Shown one piece after another: positions 26,351 to 35,994 of a DNA stretch of 64,000 nt. The DNA comes from an uncultured virus (IMG/VR IMGVR_UViG_3300031857_015178). Taxonomy: Duplodnaviria > Heunggongvirae > Uroviricota > Caudoviricetes. The position numbers were made by a program, and so were the translations under genes. Position 1 is the stretch's first letter; each line of letters begins with the position of its first letter. The notes below the pieces were generated by a model. That model was given only the letters and a program-made list of their open reading frames with translations. It was not told the origin of the DNA and made no database searches. The stretch lies in IMG/VR virus record IMGVR_UViG_3300031857_015178; one strand, written 5' to 3'.

Positions 26351-27645
26351 ATGACTGCTACACTTTCACGTCAACAATCACAATCGAATATTTGGGAACA
26401 GTTCTGCAACTGGGTAACTTCAACCGACAACCGCCTCTATGTGGGTTGGTTCGGCGTTCTGATGATTCCTTGCCTGCTTGCTGCTACAACTTGTTTCATT
26501 ATCGCCTTCATCGGCGCACCACCTGTCGATATCGACGGTATCCGCGAACCAGTAGCTGGTTCTCTAATGTACGGAAACAACATCATCTCTGGTGCTGTTA
26601 TCCCTTCGTCCAACGCAATTGGACTGCACTTCTACCCCATCTGGGAAGCTGCTTCACTTGATGAGTGGCTTTACAACGGTGGTCCTTTCCAACTCGTTGT
26701 TTTCCACTTCCTCATCGGCATCTATGCCTACATGGGTCGTGAATGGGAACTTTCTTACCGTCTAGGTATGCGTCCTTGGATCTGTGTTGCTTACTCTGCA
26801 CCTGTTGCTGCTGCTTCTGCAGTGTTCCTGGTCTATCCTTTCGGTCAAGGTTCTTTCTCTGATGCAATGCCTCTTGGTATCTCTGGTACGTTTAACTACA
26901 TGCTTGTGTTCCAGGCAGAACATAACATTCTGATGCACCCCTTCCATATGCTTGGAGTTGCTGGTGTCTTCGGTGGTTCTTTGTTCAGTGCAATGCACGG
27001 TTCGCTGGTTACTTCCTCGCTGGTTCGTGAAACTACCGAGCAAGAGTCGCAGAACTATGGTTACAAGTTCGGTCAAGAAGAAGAGACTTATAACATCGTT
27101 GCTGCTCATGGTTATTTTGGACGCCTTATTTTCCAATATGCTTCCTTCAATAACTCACGTTCTCTGCACTTCTTCCTTGCTGCCTGGCCTGTTGTCGGTA
27201 TCTGGTTTACTGCCCTTGGTGTTTCTACGATGGCTTTCAATTTGAATGGCTTTAATTTCAATCAGTCAATCGTTGATAGTCAGAACCGTGTAGTTAACAC
27301 CTGGGCTGATGTACTTAACCGTGCTGGTCTCGGAATGGAGGTAATGCACGAGCGTCAAGTTGTGCTTTGCGCTCTTTAAATCGGATGAATTGCTGGAAAC
27401 CCCAAGTGGGCAATCAGCAGCCAAGTCCAGAGTACACTCTGGAAAGGTTCAGAGACTACCTGAGGGATATAGTTCCCTTAATAACAGGAATAAGCGTCCG
27501 ACACCAGAAATGGTGATGATATAGTCCAATCCTGGTAGTAATACCAGATAGTTATGGGAAGTTTAAGAATGCACACAACTTCCCTCTTGACCTTGCAGCA
27601 GCAGAAGCAACACCAGTTGCCTTGACTGCTCCCGCAATCGGTTGA
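26351..27645 (+). CDS. psbA: photosystem II D1 (exons 26351-27355 and 27568-27645; 360 aa after splicing)
   Basis: D1 sequence; splicing restores [15 protein letters not shown]. Confidence 0.97.
27356..27567 (+). mobile_element. group I intron (212 nt) in psbA
   Basis: Follows exon U and ends in G; IGS GTTGTG..GCGCTC pairs with both exons; AATTGCTGGAA, AATCAGCAG, GTTCAGAGACTA and GATATAGTCC core elements. Confidence 0.93.
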
Positions 27646-27654
27646 TATAATGTT

Positions 27655-27688
27655 AAGGAACTCTTCGGAGTTCCTTTTTTTATAAATA
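27655..27688 (+). terminator. psbA terminator followed by a late promoter
   Basis: GGAACTC-TTCG-GAGTTCC plus T run; TATAAATA at 27681-27688. Confidence 0.85.
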
Positions 27689-27712
27689 TTTAAGCACGAA
27701 AGAAAGCACGAA

Positions 27713-28138
27713 ATGACTAAACTATACTCCGACCTGTATAGAACTTGTATGACCTGTGATGTTGAGAAGCACATTACCGAGTTTTATATGCGTGATAAAA
27801 AAACTGGAAGGAGGCACTCTGCCTGCAAAGAGTGTGATAAGGCAAGGGTGAAAGCAAGGCACCAAGCAAACCCACAAAAAACAAGAAATAACGATCTAAA
27901 AAGAAACTATGGCATAACTCTTGAAGAACATACAAAAATGTTTGAAGACCAGAATGGGAGATGTGCTATTTGTAGAAATGAAGGAAATGGTAAGTGGAAG
28001 AAGTTATGTGTAGACCATTGCCATACAACTGGTAAAGTAAGAAAACTTTTATGCCATCACTGCAACACCGCACTAGGACTTGTAGGTGATAACATAGATA
28101 CCTTACATAAAATGATTGCATATCTCAATGTCTCATAA
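27713..28138 (+). CDS. free-standing endonuclease VII-type homing endonuclease (F-CphI-like)
   Basis: CxxC pairs, YGIT.E...Q.G.CAIC...VDHCHTTGKVR.LLC..CN.ALG; directly downstream of the intron-bearing psbA. Confidence 0.82.
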   Translation: MTKLYSDLYRTCMTCDVEKHITEFYMRDKKTGRRHSACKECDKARVKARHQANPQKTRNNDLKRNYGITLEEHTKMFEDQNGRCAICRNEGNGKWKKLCVDHCHTTGKVRKLLCHHCNTALGLVGDNIDTLHKMIAYLNVS

Positions 28139-28250
28139 TAATCAACATCATCCTATGGAACCCTGGATTATCTGGGCTGGTGTGGGTATGATGGTCTTTA
28201 CTGTTCTTGTATTTGTCTTATTCACTCTCGGTCAGATGTATTGGGGATAA
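28128..28250 (+). CDS. small membrane protein (40 aa)
   Basis: MSHNNQHHPMEPWIIWAGVGMMVFTVLVFVLFTLGQMYWG. Confidence 0.5.
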   Translation: MSHNNQHHPMEPWIIWAGVGMMVFTVLVFVLFTLGQMYWG

Positions 28251-28277
28251 AAACTAAATATTTAAAAACTATCATAA

Positions 28278-28508
28278 ATGAAAACTTTCAAACAGTTTAT
28301 TTTGGAATGTTTGTCTGAAGGAATGACAACACAAAGCACTGCTGATAAACCTGGATTTAGTTCAAATGCTGATGATATTGGACCTGTTGCAGGAAGAAGT
28401 CCAAAAATGTTTTTCTTAGGTAGAAAATTTGTTAAAACATATTCTAATGGTAAGTCTAAAGCAGAAAAAATTTGGTTAGATTCTTTTAAAAAATATCAAA
28501 ACTTGTGA
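28278..28508 (+). CDS. putative internal head protein
   Basis: MKTFKQFILE N-terminus resembles the T4 capsid targeting sequence; ACTAAATA upstream. Confidence 0.5.
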   Translation: MKTFKQFILECLSEGMTTQSTADKPGFSSNADDIGPVAGRSPKMFFLGRKFVKTYSNGKSKAEKIWLDSFKKYQNL

Positions 28509-28536
28509 ATAAATTTATTTTAAGCATAAACACTCA

Positions 28537-28565
28537 TTGACCTCTTTATTAAGTAATGTTAAGAT
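28537..28565 (+). promoter_or_regulatory. psbD sigma70-type promoter
   Basis: TTGACC-17-TAAGAT. Confidence 0.6.
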
Positions 28566-28590
28566 AAATATGAGAAATACATAGGAGGTT

Positions 28591-29652
28591 ATGACTTCTT
28601 CTACACTTTCACAACCAATTCAACAACGAGGATGGTTTGATGTCCTGGATGACTGGCTTAAACGAGATCGCTTTGTATTTGTGGGTTGGTCTGGACTATT
28701 ACTTTTTCCCACTGCTTATCTTGCCCTTGGTGGCTGGCTTACTGGCACAACGTTTGTTACAAGCTGGTACACCCACGGGTTGGCGTCTAGTTACCTTGAG
28801 GGGGCTAATTTCCTTACGGCAGCTGTGTCAACGCCTGCAGATTCTATGGGTCATTCTCTTCTTCTACTTTGGGGTCCTGAGGCTCAAGGGGATATCGTCA
28901 GGTGGTTCCAACTTGGGGGACTATGGACTTTTGTGGCACTCCACGGATCTTTCGCTCTGATTGGATTCATGCTTAGGCAGTTTGAGATTGCCCGTCTTGT
29001 AGGCATTCGTCCTTATAATGCTATTGCCTTCTCTGGACCCATCGCAGTCTTCGTGAGCGTGTTCCTGATGTACCCTCTGGGGCAATCCAGTTGGTTCTTC
29101 GCACCTTCATTTGGTGTAGCAGCAATCTTCAGGTTCCTGCTGTTCCTGCAGGGTTTCCACAACTGGACCCTTAACCCCTTCCATATGATGGGAGTTGCTG
29201 GTATACTAGGAGGAGCATTGCTCTGTGCCATTCACGGAGCAACTGTAGAAAATACGCTGTATGAAGATGGAGATGCGTCAAACACATTTAAAGGTTTTGA
29301 ACCTACTCAGGAAGAAGAAACCTATTCAATGGTTACTGCAAACAGATTCTGGTCTCAGATTTTTGGTATTGCTTTCAGTAATAAGCGTTGGTTGCATTTC
29401 TTTATGCTTTTCGTCCCTGTTATGGGTCTTTGGACTTCCAGCATCGGTATCATCGGTCTTGCTCTTAATCTACGTGCTTACGACTTTGTAAGTCAGGAAA
29501 TTAGAGCAGCAGAGGACCCAGAGTTTGAAACGTTCTACACAAAGAACATTCTGTTAAACGAAGGTCTTCGTGCTTGGATGGCACCAGTAGATCAACCTGG
29601 AGCAAATTTCCAGTTTCCCGAAGAGGTCTTGCCAAGAGGCAACGCACTCTAA
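28591..29652 (+). CDS. psbD: photosystem II D2
   Basis: [23 protein letters not shown]...[10 protein letters not shown]. Confidence 0.98.
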   Translation: MTSSTLSQPIQQRGWFDVLDDWLKRDRFVFVGWSGLLLFPTAYLALGGWLTGTTFVTSWYTHGLASSYLEGANFLTAAVSTPADSMGHSLLLLWGPEAQGDIVRWFQLGGLWTFVALHGSFALIGFMLRQFEIARLVGIRPYNAIAFSGPIAVFVSVFLMYPLGQSSWFFAPSFGVAAIFRFLLFLQGFHNWTLNPFHMMGVAGILGGALLCAIHGATVENTLYEDGDASNTFKGFEPTQEEETYSMVTANRFWSQIFGIAFSNKRWLHFFMLFVPVMGLWTSSIGIIGLALNLRAYDFVSQEIRAAEDPEFETFYTKNILLNEGLRAWMAPVDQPGANFQFPEEVLPRGNAL

Positions 29653-29663
29653 AAATAAATACA

Positions 29664-29688
29664 AGGAGTTCTCCGAACTCCTTTTTTT
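29664..29688 (+). terminator. intrinsic terminator
   Basis: GGAGTTC/GAACTCC plus T run. Confidence 0.75.
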
Positions 29689-29871
29689 ATGCTTCTCATT
29701 CTCATTCTTTTCCAACTTTTTGGAATCTTAATGTTTATATTATCTGTTATGCAAGACTTATGATATCCTCAACAACTCCATATAAACTAGCAGAGATCAT
29801 TAGAGATACTTGGCCAAACCTTTACAGACCAGCAAAAGAAACCTATAATACAAAAAGTCAGAAGAAAAAGA

Positions 29872-30156
29872 ATGTATGAGTATTGGGTAGTGACAGATAA
29901 AACCACAGGTAGAGTAATCGCACACTGTGGCGAAGAAAAAGATGCTCTAATGTTAATTGGATTTGATAAAGATAAAAGAACTTATCGCAAGCAAAAGTTC
30001 ATCTTAGATCAAGTCATTACCATAACGTCAACGACAGACAAACAACTTCCTGGTCAACAAGGACTACCTGCAGCAAAAGAAGAACTTCCTCCTATGGATC
30101 TTCAGCAGCAAGTATGGTTACCTGAAGGACAAGGAGTTCCAGTTAACGCTAAATAA
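29872..30156 (+). CDS. hypothetical protein
   Basis: Co-oriented ORF. Confidence 0.65.
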   Translation: MYEYWVVTDKTTGRVIAHCGEEKDALMLIGFDKDKRTYRKQKFILDQVITITSTTDKQLPGQQGLPAAKEELPPMDLQQQVWLPEGQGVPVNAK

Positions 30157-30177
30157 CTTTCAGTTTTATAACGAATT

Positions 30178-30414
30178 ATGAAGTTTACAGTTTATTCAAA
30201 AGATGGTTGCCCATATTGCACCAAAGTCCAACAAGTGCTAGAGTTGACGGGGTTGCAACATGTTGTTTATAAATTAAATGAAGATTTTACTAAAGATGAA
30301 TTTTATTCTGAATTTGGATATGGTTCTACTTTCCCCCAAGTAATTTTGAATGATAAACATATTGGGGGATGTTCTGATACAGTACAATACCTTAAGGAGC
30401 AAAATCTAGTTTAA
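30178..30414 (+). CDS. nrdC: glutaredoxin
   Basis: CPYC, TFPQV, IGG. Confidence 0.92.
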   Translation: MKFTVYSKDGCPYCTKVQQVLELTGLQHVVYKLNEDFTKDEFYSEFGYGSTFPQVILNDKHIGGCSDTVQYLKEQNLV

Positions 30415-30773
30415 TGAATAATAATCTTCACGAAGTTTATAATGACGTTGAAAAGGCTATTGATTATGCTTTTAACGGTCAATTTGTCTTAAAATTTTAC
30501 GACTATCTAAAAGTTCGTGGAACAAAGAGAGTTGAGGTTGGAGAATTTATTGAAAGTTCTACAGCTCATGAAATCAATAATCTTGTGATGGACTTGGATG
30601 ATTATCTTGAGGGTGGGTCTGATGAGATTCATAAACAACTTAGGGAGGGGTACGGTCATATTCCAAAACCCCAAGCAAGAAAAATAAGAAATTACCTATA
30701 CGGTATTCTTGAGGATGCCTGGAGATATAATCATGATAAACGACCAGGAAGAAGAAAAAAGGAAACTAAATAA
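30414..30773 (+). CDS. hypothetical protein
   Basis: TAATG coupling; REGYGHIPKPQARK. Confidence 0.7.
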   Translation: MNNNLHEVYNDVEKAIDYAFNGQFVLKFYDYLKVRGTKRVEVGEFIESSTAHEINNLVMDLDDYLEGGSDEIHKQLREGYGHIPKPQARKIRNYLYGILEDAWRYNHDKRPGRRKKETK

Positions 30774-30957
30774 GTCAGGACCTCAAATTAACAGAGGCAT
30801 TGAATTATTACTACGCAATAGGAGGAGGAAATCATTAACGCCAAAGACTTTTCAAGTGAAGTTTGGTAAAATGATTTCTCTCTTTCGAAGAGAGTTTCAT
30901 TTCTTTATAGAATTTCACTTTGATGTTAGAAAAAAATAAACTCTCTGGAGAAGGAAA

Positions 30958-31197
30958 ATGGAAACAGCATATGTAATAACATTTGTTACGATGTTCACAT
31001 TGCTCTTTTTTATGGTAGGAGGTATAATTGGTTGGTTAACTTATAGACATTTACTAGAGTCAAGACCTCCATATTTACATCCAGAGTTCTTTGATGAAAA
31101 TGGCCAGGTGATACCTGACGAAATAGTATCTGTACGATTTGAAAATAGCGATTACGATTATGACTACGACGACGAAATCGAAGAGAACGACGACTGA
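30958..31197 (+). CDS. hypothetical membrane protein
   Basis: TM plus HPEFFDENG; acidic tail. Confidence 0.65.
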   Translation: METAYVITFVTMFTLLFFMVGGIIGWLTYRHLLESRPPYLHPEFFDENGQVIPDEIVSVRFENSDYDYDYDDEIEENDD

Positions 31198-31732
31198 GAA
31201 ACCGATTGAAACTCTTCCAACAAATCCTTTTGTATTTGAAGTATTAGAACTTGCATCTAAACAAAAGTCTAATGCAAAGAAAGTTGAAGTTCTTAAAACA
31301 TACGAACATGATTCACTGAAAGCCATTTTTATTTGGAACTTTGATGAATCCGTAATTTCACTTCTTCCTGAAGGAGAAGTTCCGTATGCTAATGCGGAAG
31401 AACAATCTGTTTACTCAGGAACCCTATCTGAAAATCTGAGGAGAGAATCTCTAGGTGGAGAATCTGCTACAGGTCAAGATCTTGATGGTAGAGGAAAAAC
31501 TTCTCTTCGAAGAGAGTATCAGAATCTTTATCATTATTTAAAGGGTGGTAATGATTCTTTAACTACCATCCGTAGAGAAATGATGTTTATCAATTTACTG
31601 CAAGGTCTTCATCCAAAAGAAGCAGAACTATTGATTCTTACAAAGGATAAGAAACTTACGGATAAATATAAGATATCTTTTGAAAATGTAAAAGAAGCAT
31701 ATCCCGATATTCAGTGGGGTGGGCGTTCATGA
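31160..31732 (+). CDS. conserved T4-like hypothetical protein
   Basis: LLPEGEVPY, RREMMFINLLQGLHPKEA. Confidence 0.7.
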   Translation: MTTTTKSKRTTTEKPIETLPTNPFVFEVLELASKQKSNAKKVEVLKTYEHDSLKAIFIWNFDESVISLLPEGEVPYANAEEQSVYSGTLSENLRRESLGGESATGQDLDGRGKTSLRREYQNLYHYLKGGNDSLTTIRREMMFINLLQGLHPKEAELLILTKDKKLTDKYKISFENVKEAYPDIQWGGRS

Positions 31733-32064
31733 CAGTAGCTGTAGGGGAAAAGAAGGAGATGGCAGAAAACAAAAATAAAATTAGTAAAGTTCTGCCGCAT
31801 GAATATGGGTGCGAAATTCTTTTCGAAAAAACTACTATAGAAAAAGTAAAAGATTCATCACTTCCTAATGATGCATATTTGATTTGGTATAATTTTGAAG
31901 ATAAAGAATATATTGATCTCGTAAGAGGAACAAGAGTACGTATTTTTGATATGTACTATGATAAGTATGGTCCTGATGTAGTTAGAAAAATTGATTTTGG
32001 ATATGGTAGAACTAATCCAAAATTGTGGGGTATTAAGCAACCGGAGAAAAAGAAAAGGAAATGA
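31729..32064 (+). CDS. hypothetical protein
   Basis: ATGA overlap. Confidence 0.65.
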   Translation: MTVAVGEKKEMAENKNKISKVLPHEYGCEILFEKTTIEKVKDSSLPNDAYLIWYNFEDKEYIDLVRGTRVRIFDMYYDKYGPDVVRKIDFGYGRTNPKLWGIKQPEKKKRK

Positions 32065-32285
32065 GTGCAGGATTTGGTGCCGAAAGAGCAAAAAATGGCA
32101 AAGCAGTAGTTATAATCAATGATGATGAAGTAACTAAACTTCTAAAAAAATATAAAAAATTAAAGAAATATAGAAATTCATCATTATATAAAATTAAGAC
32201 AATGGATGGTACTGAGACTATCATAAGTTCATTGTTGGACGAATTAGAAGTGGGACTTGACGATGGGCAAACATTATCTACTTAA
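32061..32285 (+). CDS. hypothetical protein
   Basis: ATGA overlap. Confidence 0.55.
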   Translation: MSAGFGAERAKNGKAVVIINDDEVTKLLKKYKKLKKYRNSSLYKIKTMDGTETIISSLLDELEVGLDDGQTLST

Positions 32286-32589
32286 CTTATACGGATGTTC
32301 GTTTGTCCTTTTAGATGATGAACGTTGTCTTATAGATTTACTAGAAAATGCAGCAATTGCAAGTGGTGCTACTGTGGTTCAGACTATCTCTAAAAAGTTT
32401 GATCCACAAGGTGTCACTGTAATTTGTTTGTTGTCGGAAAGTCACATCAGTATTCATACTTGGCCTGAAGAAGGTAAGGCAGCAGTAGATGTATATACAT
32501 GTGGCGATTGTAATCCAAAAATTGGATGTGATATGATTATTCATCAACTTTACGCGCAAAATCACACCTTAAGTTACATAGAACGGTAA
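32263..32589 (+). CDS. speD: S-adenosylmethionine decarboxylase proenzyme
   Basis: F.PQGVT..LLSESHISIHTWPE...DVYTCG. Confidence 0.93.
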   Translation: MGKHYLLNLYGCSFVLLDDERCLIDLLENAAIASGATVVQTISKKFDPQGVTVICLLSESHISIHTWPEEGKAAVDVYTCGDCNPKIGCDMIIHQLYAQNHTLSYIER

Positions 32590-32636
32590 CAAAAGTTACA
32601 GAAGTTTTTGCATAACTATACTAACAGGTCTATAAT
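32586..32636 (+). promoter_or_regulatory. NtcA box plus sigma70 promoter
   Basis: GTA-ACAAAAGT-TAC (32586-32599); TTGCAT-17-TATAAT. Confidence 0.65.
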
Positions 32637-32643
32637 GACCTTA

Positions 32644-32737
32644 CGTTCATCCCTCTGGGACGGAAGTAAGCCGACGCGGAACGGAACGTTCATTCGCTAT
32701 TCGCAAATAGCGAACGCAAACGCCGACTGAAGGAACG
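32644..32737 (+). ncRNA. tandem glutamine (glnA-type) riboswitch aptamers
   Basis: Two CGTTCA...GGAACG units (32644-32683, 32687-32737) upstream of a DUF4278 gene. Confidence 0.75.
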
Positions 32738-32769
32738 CTCTTTAACCTAAACCATTAAGGAGAACCCTA

Positions 32770-32907
32770 ATGTCTAAAGTAGTATATCGCGGTGTTGAGT
32801 ATGACACCCAAAAGCGTCTTGAGTATCAACAACAAATGATGCAGCAACCCCAACAGTACGACGAAACCTATCGTGGTGTTAAGTTTGTAAAGGAGGGGCA
32901 CAAATGA
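32770..32907 (+). CDS. DUF4278 family small protein (45 aa)
   Basis: MSKVVYRGVEYDT...YRGVKF (two YRG motifs); AGGAG RBS. Confidence 0.8.
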   Translation: MSKVVYRGVEYDTQKRLEYQQQMMQQPQQYDETYRGVKFVKEGHK

Positions 32908-33002
32908 AAAAACTCAATGTACTTCAACTCATTAAAGAGCAGAAGCAAAAAGAACAACGTCGTCATCAAGCACTCCTTGCAAATGCAGGAGCAGGAAAAT
33001 GA
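32904..33002 (+). CDS. small basic helical peptide (32 aa)
   Basis: MKKLNVLQLIKEQKQKEQRRHQALLANAGAGK; GGAGG RBS, ATGA overlap. Confidence 0.6.
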   Translation: MKKLNVLQLIKEQKQKEQRRHQALLANAGAGK

Positions 33003-33085
33003 TTGCTACGATTGCTGCTATTACTGGTGCATCAACAGCATTTATTTTTTTAATCTATTTTGAAATTTTGTTGTTGAGTAAGTAA
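32999..33085 (+). CDS. small membrane peptide (28 aa)
   Basis: MIATIAAITGASTAFIFLIYFEILLLSK; ATGA overlap. Confidence 0.5.
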   Translation: MIATIAAITGASTAFIFLIYFEILLLSK

Positions 33086-33092
33086 ATATTTT

Positions 33093-33132
33093 AAGAGAGG
33101 GACTTGACTCCCTCTCTTTTTTTATGTATAAT
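33093..33132 (+). terminator. terminator overlapping a sigma70 promoter
   Basis: AAGAGAGGGA/TCCCTCTCTT plus T run; TTGACT-17-TATAAT. Confidence 0.8.
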
Positions 33133-33155
33133 TACCTTTGTCGAGGTTGATAAAA

Positions 33156-33329
33156 ATGGATAGAGAAAAACTTAGGTTAATTGTCAGAAACCTTGAGTCT
33201 CTGGTAGAATGTCTAAAGTCAGAGATTGAACCTAAAACTAAAGATCTTCAGTATGAGGAGATTAAGACTTTTTTAAACGATTACGACGAAGTATTTTATG
33301 ACGAGGAAGATGAATACGATGTTCGATGA
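33156..33329 (+). CDS. hypothetical protein
   Basis: MDREKLRLIVRNLE..; acidic tail. Confidence 0.65.
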   Translation: MDREKLRLIVRNLESLVECLKSEIEPKTKDLQYEEIKTFLNDYDEVFYDEEDEYDVR

Positions 33330-34029
33330 TTTTGAGTTTATGAAACCAGAAGTAAAACTAATCAGTGTTACTCCTGACGCAGAAAAGCATATGGCATACT
33401 GTGCTCGCGTAAGTAACCCTGCAAATCAAGAGAATGAAAAGTTCTCTGGACTACTTAAGTATTGCATTCAACATCAGCACTGGAGTATCTTCGAACAAGC
33501 CAGTATGACAGTTGAGATTAATACCACAAGAGGCATTGCGGCTCAAATCCTTCGACACCGTTCGTTTACATTTCAAGAATTTTCACAACGGTATGCTGAT
33601 GCCAATCTTCTGAATAATACTATTCCTCTTCCAGAACTGCGTCGTCAGGATACAAAGAATCGTCAGAACTCAATCGATGATATTCCTGATTATCTCAAAC
33701 TGACTTTGCTTGAGGACATTCGCGTTCATTTTGAGAGTGCTCTACGCCTCTACAACCGCCTTCTGGATAAGGGAGTGGCAAAGGAGTGTGCTAGGTTTGT
33801 ACTGCCCTTAGCGACGCCCACAAGACTCTATATGACTGGCTCTGTAAGGTCATGGATTCATTATATTGATCTTCGTTCATCTCACGGTACACAGAAGGAA
33901 CATATGGAGATTGCAGAACTAGTTCGTTGTATTTTTACTTGTCAGTTCCCTGCAGTATCTGAAGCACTTGGTTGGTCTCGTGATGGGTGTACTGAGTGTA
34001 TTGATCCCCCCTCAGTGATTATTGAATAA
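33319..34029 (+). CDS. thyX: flavin-dependent thymidylate synthase
   Basis: HWSIFE, RHRSFTFQEFSQRY, ARFVLP. Confidence 0.95.
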   Translation: MFDDFEFMKPEVKLISVTPDAEKHMAYCARVSNPANQENEKFSGLLKYCIQHQHWSIFEQASMTVEINTTRGIAAQILRHRSFTFQEFSQRYADANLLNNTIPLPELRRQDTKNRQNSIDDIPDYLKLTLLEDIRVHFESALRLYNRLLDKGVAKECARFVLPLATPTRLYMTGSVRSWIHYIDLRSSHGTQKEHMEIAELVRCIFTCQFPAVSEALGWSRDGCTECIDPPSVIIE

Positions 34030-34058
34030 ATATCCTTACATACAATGGAGGAATAAAT

Positions 34059-34307
34059 TTGGCGACTTATCCTGTTATTAATAAAGACACAGGAGAACAA
34101 AAAGAAGTTGTTCTTAGTGTTTATGATTGGGACAAATGGAAACAAGATAATCCAGAGTGGGAAAGAGATTGGTCTGATCCATCTACTTGTCCCTCATCTG
34201 GAGAAGTGGGTGAGGTTTATGATAGACTTAAAAAATCTCATCCAGGGTGGAATGACGTTCTCCACAAAGCATCAAAAGTCCCAGGTTCAACAGTAAAACC
34301 AATTTAA
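34059..34307 (+). CDS. conserved cyanophage hypothetical protein
   Basis: GGAGG RBS, TTG start; GWNDVL..A...PGS. Confidence 0.65.
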   Translation: MATYPVINKDTGEQKEVVLSVYDWDKWKQDNPEWERDWSDPSTCPSSGEVGEVYDRLKKSHPGWNDVLHKASKVPGSTVKPI

Positions 34308-34314
34308 TTTTTTT

Positions 34315-35070
34315 ATGGCAAGAAGAAAAAGAGTAGACGATCAACCTATTGGTGTTGGAATGACTGCAAAGCAAATGAAGCGCAGGAAGCCAATTAATTC
34401 CGATTTAATGAGGGATATAGAACCTCTCACAGATAATCAAAAACTTTTATATGAAGCATATGAAAAAGGTCAGCATATAGTTGCTTATGGGTGTGCGGGT
34501 ACTGGTAAAACGTTTATTACTCTTTATAATGCACTTCAAGATGTTCTTGATGAAAGAACCCCTTTTGAAAAAATTTATATCGTTAGGTCTCTTGTCGCTA
34601 CCCGTGAAATTGGTTTTCTTCCTGGTGATCATGAGGACAAGTCATCACTTTATCAAATTCCCTATAAGAATATGGTAAAGTACATGTTCCAACTGCCAAC
34701 AGATGCAGATTTTGAAATGCTCTATGGAAACCTCAAAACTCAGGGAACGATTAGTTTTTGGAGCACTTCTTTTATTCGCGGAACTACTCTGGACAATGCA
34801 ATCATTATTGTAGATGAATTTCAAAATCTAAACTATCATGAACTCGATAGTATCATTACTCGTGTTGGTGAGAACTCTAAGATTATGTTCTGTGGAGATG
34901 CTACTCAATCCGATTTGATTAAAACAAACGAAAGGAATGGTATTGTTGATTTTATGAAGGTTCTTCGTCTCATGCCTTCAATTGATATTATTGAGTTTGG
35001 TGTTGATGACATTGTTCGTAGTGGATTCGTTAAAGAATATATTCTCGCAAAAATGGAAGTTGGTGTATGA
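34315..35070 (+). CDS. phoH: PhoH-like ATPase
   Basis: GCAGTGKT, IGFLPG, RGTT, DEFQN, GD..Q.D. Confidence 0.95.
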   Translation: MARRKRVDDQPIGVGMTAKQMKRRKPINSDLMRDIEPLTDNQKLLYEAYEKGQHIVAYGCAGTGKTFITLYNALQDVLDERTPFEKIYIVRSLVATREIGFLPGDHEDKSSLYQIPYKNMVKYMFQLPTDADFEMLYGNLKTQGTISFWSTSFIRGTTLDNAIIIVDEFQNLNYHELDSIITRVGENSKIMFCGDATQSDLIKTNERNGIVDFMKVLRLMPSIDIIEFGVDDIVRSGFVKEYILAKMEVGV

Positions 35071-35747
35071 GTTTTATTCATCATAATTATTTGGGTGACA
35101 TTGAGTTAGAGTGTAAAACAACAGAAAGCATCCGTCTCTATAATTTACCTAATGGAAACTGGGTGCCTTCTATTACTTCTGTTACTTCGTTTTATAATCG
35201 CCAAATTTTTGCAAAGTGGAGACAACGTGTTGGACTTGAAGAAGCAAATCGTATTACTAAAAGAGCCACTGCTAGGGGAACTGATTTTCACCAAGTTTGT
35301 CAGGACTACTTAGAAAATAAAGAACTTGTTTGGGATAATTATCAAGTCCTGACAAAACACATGTTTCATCATGCAAAACCTTATCTAGATAAGATAAATA
35401 ATATTCATGCAATTGAAAGAACTCTTTATTCGGAATATCTTGGACTTGCTGGACGAGTTGATTGTATTGCCGAGTATGAGGGAGAGTTAGCAGTTATTGA
35501 CTTTAAAACGTCAGACAAAATTAAACCAGAGGAGTGGATTGAAAACTACTTCGTACAGGAAACATTCTACGCTGCAGCATATTACGAACTTACTGGAAAA
35601 GTTGTTAAAAAACTTATCACACTCATGGTTACTCCTGGTGGTGAGGTAAAAGTATTTGACAAAAGGAATAAAGACGATTATATTAGACTATTAGTTCGTT
35701 ATATCAAAGAATTTGTACATCACAATATTAGGTCAGATGGAGAATGA
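35067..35747 (+). CDS. PD-(D/E)XK exonuclease
   Basis: PSITSV, RGT.FH, AGRVDC...IDFKTS. Confidence 0.85.
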   Translation: MSFIHHNYLGDIELECKTTESIRLYNLPNGNWVPSITSVTSFYNRQIFAKWRQRVGLEEANRITKRATARGTDFHQVCQDYLENKELVWDNYQVLTKHMFHHAKPYLDKINNIHAIERTLYSEYLGLAGRVDCIAEYEGELAVIDFKTSDKIKPEEWIENYFVQETFYAAAYYELTGKVVKKLITLMVTPGGEVKVFDKRNKDDYIRLLVRYIKEFVHHNIRSDGE

Positions 35748-35994
35748 ATTAGAGAAAGTATTAGAAAGTAAATTCTTTTGTCCGTCACGTTTCGCTCAGG
35801 AGATTGAAAGTCTCGTACAGGTAAACGTCGAGATGAATTACATTGATGCGATTATCTATTTCTGCGAACAAAACAACATTGATTTAGAATCAGTTCCTAA
35901 ACTTATTTCAAAACCTTTGAAGGAAAAGATTAAGTATGAAGCAATGGAACTTAATTTTCTCAAGAAAACATCACGCGCTAAATTAGTTTTTTAA
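35737..35994 (+). CDS. gp33: late transcription coactivator
   Basis: YIDAI...CE...IE.V.KLISKPLKEKI..EA..LNFLK; synteny. Confidence 0.82.
   Translation: MENELEKVLESKFFCPSRFAQEIESLVQVNVEMNYIDAIIYFCEQNNIDLESVPKLISKPLKEKIKYEAMELNFLKKTSRAKLVF

Noticed and set aside
26351..27379. psbA as a truncated 342-aa pseudogene
   Set aside because: Explained by the group I intron; splicing restores a 360-aa D1.
35067..35747. Exonuclease as a CRISPR-associated Cas4
   Set aside because: It lacks the four-Cys Fe-S motif and occupies the usual phoH-exonuclease-gp33 core position.
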